Shown piece after piece: positions 45,194-50,452 of a DNA stretch of 50,452 bases. The DNA comes from Oscillospiraceae bacterium (GTDB lineage: Bacteria > Bacillota > Clostridia > Oscillospirales > CAG-272). Numbering within the stretch: the stretch's first letter is position 1; each line of letters starts with the position of its first letter. The translations under genes were made by a program, and so were the position numbers. The notes under the pieces were generated by a model. That model had not been told where the DNA came from. It searched no databases and saw only the letters and a program-made list of their open reading frames with translations. The stretch covers positions 1-50,452 of the forward strand of contig SVUC01000002.1 in assembly GCA_015063455.1 (NCBI GenBank), read 5' to 3'.

Positions 45194-46935
45194 TTAATCT
45201 GCACGCCAATACTTCTCGGCAAATGCTTTTACTTCTTCCTCGTGAGAAGCACCCTCTGAGAAAATTGTAATATTGTGTGCAATACAATCCTCAATAAATC
45301 GGTTGAATTCTGCCGCATCACCGCGGTTTTCTTCAACCATTCTCCTTCTGAGATCTATATATCTGAGTCCGAGACGGATACAGTCTACTCTCATCCTGCG
45401 GATAGTATCGTCGCGAACTGCCGCTTCTGCACGGTCATCTCATTGTAGATCTTCAGCATATCGGGTGTAAGGTATTCCGTGTGAGGCTCACGATCAAACC
45501 TCTTGTTTTCCTTGTTTCGTTTTCCGTAGCAATTGAAATGTATATTATCGTCCGCACATTTCTTGCACATTGTATCAATATACTCACGCACCATCGGCGC
45601 CGCATCTCCATAATAGAAATCGGTAAACTCTGTGAGATGCTTATTAAAATCGCAGTATGGGTCCCACATCAGCTTGCAAATGAGATAACAGCGAAGCTCG
45701 TCTAGGTCGCACCCGTCGTTTTCTCTGAGTTCACCCTGCGAGAATATACCTTTTGCTTTGTTTTTTGCAAAAAACTGCATATTCGGCTGAAGCGCATACC
45801 AATTAGGATGCGGCTTGAGAAGCTGCCAGAAGCACGCCGTATAGTCCCAGATAAAAATGTTATGCGATATCTCGCTCCATTTTTTCAGATTCTGCGCTAC
45901 TGTTGGGAGCAAATTATTCTCGTGCTCCCAGCCACATTCTGATTCGTGAGGATGGAAGGTACATCCTTCTATTGTACAGAACTGAATTACAACATTATGA
46001 CGCGGTCTCGATTTTTCAGGTGGTGTACGCGAGTAATTATACGCAAATGTCTGGAAAAGAACGTTCGGAAATTCTTCTTCAAGTGCCTCGGCAACAGCGT
46101 TGACTGTACGCACCATCATTCCCGAGACCTCTCCCTCTTCCTCATATATTGCTCTGCAATTCTCACATTCACAGTATCTGATACTGTCATTCTGCTGAAT
46201 ATTCAGAAGCTGAGCGTCGGGATTCGCACGAAGGATCTCGCGTGCGGATTCGATAAGTTTTTCAATAACCTCGGGATTTGAAAGACAAAGCTGCCACTTG
46301 TTTCGCTCGTTACTGTATCTTCCGCGTTTGCCGTCTACAAGTGCATACCATTCGGGATGCTCTGCGAAATATTTATCGATCGGGACCATATATAAAAAGC
46401 TGTGACAGTGGTTCGCAACCTTAAACGGTCCGCCGTATTTTTCTTCTGTCGTTTCGTTTGTTCTGCATTTTACTGAGAAATTCTGATTTCTCATCGTATC
46501 TCTGAAGTAATATTCGCGGTACATAAAGAGAGGCTTTTCTCTTTTGTCGCTCTCCTCAAGCTCAAACTCGGTATAAGCAGGAACTTTTTCAGCCTTCGGT
46601 GTAAAGAATCTGCATCCAAGTGCTTCGAGAAAATCGTACATCGCGTAAAGAATTCCTCTTTTGCCGCCGTCAATAAAGACCTTACCGTTCTTTGTGTACC
46701 AATGAAGCTCGTCATCATCGTAAGTGACTCTGTCCTCACCGTAATTTGTGAGAGCACCGCCGATTACGATAAGAGCATCTTCTGCCGCCTCATTTGTTTT
46801 CACAATATCGGCAGAATTCGCTGTCATTCTGTTGAAATAATAACGAAGCTCAGTCGATGCGTAATCTTCGGTTGATATCGGATTCTCGGGAATAATTATC
46901 TTTCCAAAGATCTTTTGATCCTTAATTATAAACAC
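45194..46935 (-). pseudogene. DUF4838-like paralog 4, disrupted by a 4-nt deletion frameshift near 45437
   Basis: ORFs 45391..47019 and 45194..45394 together cover one full-length paralog in two frames. Compared with copy 1 (gtcaaggatctcattg), this copy reads gtcatctcattg. The likely start is the GTG at 46935, matching MNIIKNQ in the other copies. Confidence 0.7.
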
Positions 46936-47009
46936 TTCCACATATCCCCTTTCCGGACAGGAACGCAAATTAATTATTAAAGATATTCCCAAATAATTAA
47001 CTTTTACTG

Positions 47010-47038
47010 ATTTTATCACATATTTTCTTCAATTGCAA
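47010..47038 (-). promoter_or_regulatory. Candidate promoter of the DUF4838 array (TTGCAA-17 nt-TGaTAAAAT, minus strand)
   Basis: The minus strand reads TTGCAA ttgaagaaaatatgTGa TAAAAT, with an extended -10, about 75 nt upstream of the paralog 4 start. Confidence 0.4.
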
Positions 47039-47152
47039 TACAAATTAAAAAATAAGTGAATCAACTTTTCGTATTTTTTCAATCATTACATTTTATAATA
47101 TATTTATAAAAAATCAAGCTGAATTTGTGCAGAAAATATAACTCCTGCCCTA

Positions 47153-47181
47153 TTGACAAAGGATATAAAATGTGTTATACT
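47153..47181 (+). promoter_or_regulatory. Sigma-A type promoter of the T-box leader (TTGACA-17 nt-TATACT)
   Basis: TTGACA at 47153-47158 and TATACT at 47176-47181. Confidence 0.7.
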
Positions 47182-47194
47182 TTAATATCATAAA

Positions 47195-47473
47195 CCGTTG
47201 AAGCGGAGATAACGGTGATTATGCTTCCACAGAGAGCCTGCGCTGCTGAGAGTCAGGTGAAAAACAGATCATCAAATGGACCGCTGAGGGTGCAGTCAAA
47301 TGTGTAATTACACAGAGTATTCTGCAACGTATGGCATACGTCAGTTGCCGGGGATATCGCAATATTATAGCTTTTGCCGTATCCTGCAAGTGCACGGTTT
47401 TCCGTGAATCAAGGTGGCACCGCGGATAAGATTATTCGTCCTTGACAGAAAAACTTCTGTCAGGGATTTTTTT
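47195..47473 (+). promoter_or_regulatory. T-box riboswitch leader, tryptophan specifier (UGG)
   Basis: Stem I elements are present: GA/K-turn motifs (UUGAAG and CUGAGG), AGAGAG bulge at 47231-47236, and distal hairpin CCTG...CAGG. The specifier loop is caaaUGGa (TGG at 47277-47279) closed by GCGG/CCGC. The T-box sequence AAGGTGGCACCGCGG lies at 47411-47425, followed by a terminator hairpin. Confidence 0.85.
47439..47473 (+). terminator. Intrinsic terminator of the T-box leader
   Basis: 11-bp stem ccttgacagaa / ttctgtcaggg (one G-U pair) with loop aaac, followed by a T7 run. Confidence 0.85.
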
Positions 47474-47598
47474 GTGTATCGCCCGACAGTGAAAGAGGAA
47501 AACATGATACTCGACAGACGATGGCGGTGCGAATAACGCCTATTAACAACACTCAAAAATAATATTTTTCACATAATAAAGACACGGAGGATTTTACA

Positions 47599-48816
47599 AT
47601 GTTACACAACGGAATCGACTTCAATACATATTTCAAGAATTATCCCGATCAGAATGGTTACTTTGGAAAATACGGCGGAGCTTACGTATCCGATGAACTG
47701 AAAAAGGCAATGGATGAGATCAGTGAAGCGTACTTCACGATCTGCAAATCCAGAAAGTTTATTGCTGAGCTTCGCAGGATCAGAAAGGAATTCCAGGGCA
47801 GACCTACTCCCATTTCTTATCTCGAACGTCTCTCCGGCAGTATCGGAAATGTTCAGCTTTATGTAAAGCGCGAAGACCTCAACCACACAGGTGCACACAA
47901 GCTCAATCACTGTATGGGTGAAGTTCTTCTTGCAAAATATCTCGGCAAAAAGAAAGTAATTGCTGAAACAGGTGCAGGTCAGCACGGTGTTGCAATGGCC
48001 ACTGCTGCGGCTTACTTCGGAATGCCCTGCGATATTTATATGGGCTCCGTTGACATTCAGAAGCAGGCTCCAAACGTAGCGAGAATGAAGATCCTCGGTG
48101 CAAACGTAGTCGAAGTTACTCACGGTCTCGCAACACTCAAGGAAGCTGTTGATGCTGCGTTTGATGCATACGCAAAAGATTACAAAGACGTTATGTACTG
48201 CATAGGCTCAGTTGTAGGACCGCATCCGTTCCCGCTTATGGTCCGCGATTTCCAGAGCGTTGTTGGTATTGAAGCACGTGAACAGTTTATCGAAATGACA
48301 GGTGAGCTTCCTGACGCGATCGTAGCGTGCGTAGGCGGCGGATCCAATGCAGCAGGATTCTTCTCCGGATTCCTCAATGATCCCGTTGATATTTACGGAA
48401 TTGAGCCTCTCGGCAGAGGTTCTGCTCTCGGAGATCACGCAGCAAGCCTTCAGTACGGTGAAGAAGGTGTTATGCACGGCTTCAACTCTATTATGCTCAA
48501 GGATGAAAACGGCGATCCTGCTCCCGTTTATTCCGTATCAAGCGGACTTGACTATCCTTCATCCGGTCCTGAGCACGCATTCCTTCACGACCTCGGCAGA
48601 GTTAAATACGACGTTATCAATGACGAAGATTCTATTGATGCGTTCTATTCCCTCTCACGTATGGAAGGTATCATCCCCGCACTTGAAAGTGCACACGCTG
48701 TTGCCTACGGTATCAAGCTCGCAAAGCAGATGGGCAAGGGCTCTGTTCTTATCAATCTCTCCGGCAGAGGAGACAAGGATATGGACTACGTTATCGAAAA
48801 GTTCGGTATCAGATAA
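47599..48816 (+). CDS. trpB: Tryptophan synthase beta chain (stand-alone; no trpA or other trp gene in the window)
   Basis: 405 aa. RBS GGAGG. TrpB motifs are present: [22 protein letters not shown] (PLP lysine), [42 protein letters not shown]. Confidence 0.92.
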   Translation: MLHNGIDFNTYFKNYPDQNGYFGKYGGAYVSDELKKAMDEISEAYFTICKSRKFIAELRRIRKEFQGRPTPISYLERLSGSIGNVQLYVKREDLNHTGAHKLNHCMGEVLLAKYLGKKKVIAETGAGQHGVAMATAAAYFGMPCDIYMGSVDIQKQAPNVARMKILGANVVEVTHGLATLKEAVDAAFDAYAKDYKDVMYCIGSVVGPHPFPLMVRDFQSVVGIEAREQFIEMTGELPDAIVACVGGGSNAAGFFSGFLNDPVDIYGIEPLGRGSALGDHAASLQYGEEGVMHGFNSIMLKDENGDPAPVYSVSSGLDYPSSGPEHAFLHDLGRVKYDVINDEDSIDAFYSLSRMEGIIPALESAHAVAYGIKLAKQMGKGSVLINLSGRGDKDMDYVIEKFGIR

Positions 48817-48906
48817 GAATAAGTTATATAGAAAGCGGCGATAAGCACCGTTCAAAAAAATAGCGGTAAATAATAACAGCCGAATAAACAGCTCAAACAA
48901 AAAGTC

Positions 48907-48941
48907 ATCCCTCGTTCCGAAATGGTGCGAGGGATTTTTTT
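48907..48941 (+). terminator. Rho-independent terminator of trpB
   Basis: Stem atccctcg / cgagggat with a 13-nt loop, followed by a T7 run. Confidence 0.7.
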
Positions 48942-48961
48942 CGCTCATTTATCAAAACCTA

Positions 48962-48990
48962 TTGACAACAACGCCCAAACTGTATACAAT
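48962..48990 (+). promoter_or_regulatory. Sigma-A type promoter of the gntR-ABC operon (TTGACA-17 nt-TACAAT)
   Basis: TTGACA at 48962-48967 and TACAAT at 48985-48990. Confidence 0.65.
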
Positions 48991-49004
48991 ATAGATATAC
49001 AGTT
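48978..49004. promoter_or_regulatory. Inverted repeat over the -10 box, candidate YtrA/GntR operator
   Basis: Perfect 9-bp arms AACTGTATA (48978-48986) and TATACAGTT (48996-49004), separated by 9 nt. Confidence 0.5.
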
Positions 49005-49021
49005 ATAACAGAGGTGATGAC

Positions 49022-49399
49022 GTGAATATTTTAATCGACAACAAAAGCGGCGAACCGATTTATAATCAGATATATTCTCAAATAAAAAATCAGATCATAA
49101 GCGGTGAGCTGAAGGAGGACGAGATGCTCCCGTCCATTCGCGGACTTGCAAAAGATCTGCGAATTAGTTTTATTACGACCAAGCGCGCGTATGAAGAACT
49201 TGAAAAGGAAGGATTCATTTATACACTTCCGGCAAAAGGATGTTACGTTGCGCCGAAGAACGTAGAGCTTTTGCGTGAGGAAAATTTGAAAAAGATCGAG
49301 GAACATATCGAGCAGATCGCAAAGCTCGCTGCCTCGTGCAATTTGAGCCGTAACGATATTATTGAAATGATTACGTTCGGTATGGAGGAACAGGAATGA
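49022..49399 (+). CDS. GntR family transcriptional regulator, YtrA subfamily
   Basis: 125 aa with a GTG start and GAGGTGA upstream. Winged HTH EDEMLPSIRGLAKDLRISFITTKRAYEELEKEGFIY. The short C-terminus is typical of the YtrA type. Confidence 0.85.
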   Translation: MNILIDNKSGEPIYNQIYSQIKNQIISGELKEDEMLPSIRGLAKDLRISFITTKRAYEELEKEGFIYTLPAKGCYVAPKNVELLREENLKKIEEHIEQIAKLAASCNLSRNDIIEMITFGMEEQE

Positions 49400-50238
49400 A
49401 CGCACTTGAATTAAAAAATGTAAGTAAATCCTTTTCGGGATTTTGTTTGGATAACATAAACCTTACTTTGCCAAGTGGTTGTATTATGGGGCTCATCGGA
49501 GAAAATGGTGCAGGCAAAAGTACAACGATAAAGCTAATCTTGGATATTCTTCATAAGGATAGCGGAACAATTACGATACTTGGCAAAGACAATGGAAAAG
49601 ATATTGCTCTTATCAAAGAAGATGTCGGTGTCGTAATGGACGAGGTTGGTATGCCCGAATGCTTGACAGCAAAGCAGATCGGCAAGGTTATGAGGCATAC
49701 ATTCCGTAATTGGAATGAGGATGAATATGCCCGACTTCTTAAAAAGCTATCTTTGCCCGACAACAAGCAGTTTAAGGACTACTCACGCGGTATGAAGATG
49801 AAGCTCGGGATTGCCGTTGCTCTCTCACACGGAGCAAAGTTATTGCTTCTTGATGAGCCGACAAGCGGACTCGATCCCGTCGTACGTGACGAAGTGGTGG
49901 ATATGTTCTGTGATTTTACAAGGGATGAAAACCACTCCATTCTCATATCCTCTCACATAGTCAGCGATCTTGAAAAACTTTGCGACTACGTGGCGTTTTT
50001 GCATAAGGGCAAGCTCTTACTCTGCGAGGAAAAGGATGTACTTTTATCCGAACATGCTATCATTCATTGTACTGCAGAACAGCTTTCGGAGCTTGACAAG
50101 GAAGTAGTAAAATATAAAAAAGAAACGCCCTACGGTGCTGAGGTCATTGTGTCACGAAAGAACGTCCCCAATGACTTTAAGCTAAGTCCCGTCAGCATTG
50201 AGGAGTTGTTCGTATTTATGGTAAAGGAGGCGAAATAA
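49396..50238 (+). CDS. ABC transporter ATP-binding protein
   Basis: ATGA overlap with gntR. Walker A GENGAGKST, signature-like YSRGMKMKL, and Walker B LLLLDEP. Confidence 0.9.
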   Translation: MNALELKNVSKSFSGFCLDNINLTLPSGCIMGLIGENGAGKSTTIKLILDILHKDSGTITILGKDNGKDIALIKEDVGVVMDEVGMPECLTAKQIGKVMRHTFRNWNEDEYARLLKKLSLPDNKQFKDYSRGMKMKLGIAVALSHGAKLLLLDEPTSGLDPVVRDEVVDMFCDFTRDENHSILISSHIVSDLEKLCDYVAFLHKGKLLLCEEKDVLLSEHAIIHCTAEQLSELDKEVVKYKKETPYGAEVIVSRKNVPNDFKLSPVSIEELFVFMVKEAK

Positions 50239-50239
50239 T

Positions 50240-50452
50240 ATGAAAGGTCTATTGCTGAAAGATTGGTATATGATGAAAAAATACTGCAGATTATATTTTT
50301 TCGTTTGTATCGGATTTATCATTATTTCTATGATGAGCAGCGGCAATATGTTCTTCATTTTCTACCCTTGTTTACTATGCGGTATGATCCCCGTCAATCT
50401 GCTTGGCTATGATGAACGTAGTCGTTGGACGGAGTATGTCGGCACATTGCCG
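50240..50452 (+). CDS. ABC-2 type transporter permease; 3' end lies outside the window
   Basis: ATG at 50240, 1 nt after the ATPase stop, with AAGGAGG upstream. MKGLLLKDWYMMKKY is followed by hydrophobic helices. The frame is open to the window end. Confidence 0.7.
   Translation, partial: MKGLLLKDWYMMKKYCRLYFFVCIGFIIISMMSSGNMFFIFYPCLLCGMIPVNLLGYDERSRWTEYVGTLP

Larger units (their letters stand above)
39890..46935 (-). repeat. Tandem array of four ~1.75-kb paralogous gene units
   Basis: The units are head-to-tail with 31-55 nt spacers. By eye, the 5' ~400 nt of each unit are about 85 percent identical at nucleotide level, for example cattctgttgaa(a/g)taata(g/a)cgaagctc in all four. Confidence 0.85.

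Noticed and set aside
45391-45394. The ATGA overlap between the two halves of DUF4838-like paralog 4, considered as programmed frameshifting or deliberate translational coupling.
   Set aside because: There is no slippery heptamer or stimulatory structure. The disruption is explained by a simple 4-nt loss relative to the three intact paralogs. A pseudogene or sequencing error is more parsimonious.
47365-47556. A 63-aa minus-strand ORF inside the trpB leader.
   Set aside because: It overlaps the T-box conserved sequence and the terminator. It has no RBS, and the region is fully explained as a structured RNA leader.
1-50452. A search by eye for CRISPR arrays, tRNA or rRNA genes, IS elements, prophage genes, reverse transcriptases and known defence-system genes.
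   Set aside because: I found no regularly spaced short repeats, no tRNA-like GTTCGAATC-type T-arm in a plausible context, and no transposase, integrase, RT or nuclease-ATPase signatures in any ORF translation. The absence is based on visual inspection only.

Overview
The window is a 50.4-kb chromosomal segment with low-GC Gram-positive, Clostridia-like signals: GGAGG-type ribosome binding sites, TTGACA-N17-TATAAT promoters, a T-box leader and hairpin plus T-run terminators. I support about 50 protein genes, two of them decayed. I saw no rRNA, tRNA, CRISPR array, transposase, integrase or phage genes. All family names come from motifs read in the translations, not from database searches.

Gene content, left to right:
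- A 5'-truncated M13 (PepO-like) peptidase.
- A tightly packed five-gene envelope operon (DUF975, VanZ and three unknowns).
- Two tandem metallophosphoesterase paralogs.
- Six ECF-type sigma factor genes between 8.9 and 37.6 kb, each translationally coupled to a different membrane protein.
- A BlaI/BlaR1-type pair, plus AraC, XRE, TetR and GntR regulators.
- An FAD-dependent oxidoreductase, a DUF1593-like protein and a P1B-type heavy-metal ATPase.
- A LURP-one/tubby-like protein.
- A co-oriented block of Gfo/Idh/MocA oxidoreductase, URO-D-fold protein and four head-to-tail DUF4838-like paralogs, the last one frameshifted.
- A Trp-specific T-box leader in front of a stand-alone trpB.
- A YtrA-type GntR plus ABC exporter operon that runs off the 3' end.

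Most unusual observations:
1. The fourfold array of DUF4838-like genes encodes proteins without signal peptides that share an invariant Cys/His constellation. It sits with URO-D-fold and Gfo/Idh/MocA genes and is my best candidate for an undescribed enzymatic system.
2. Extracytoplasmic-sensing modules are very dense, and their sensor domains look unrelated to each other.
3. One ECF operon has a decayed, sigma-less satellite copy that keeps the operon's ECF-like promoter and an intact small membrane protein gene.
4. Twin TCTACT-N3-AGTAGA palindromes lie over the blaI-like promoter.
5. A Trp T-box controls an orphan trpB.
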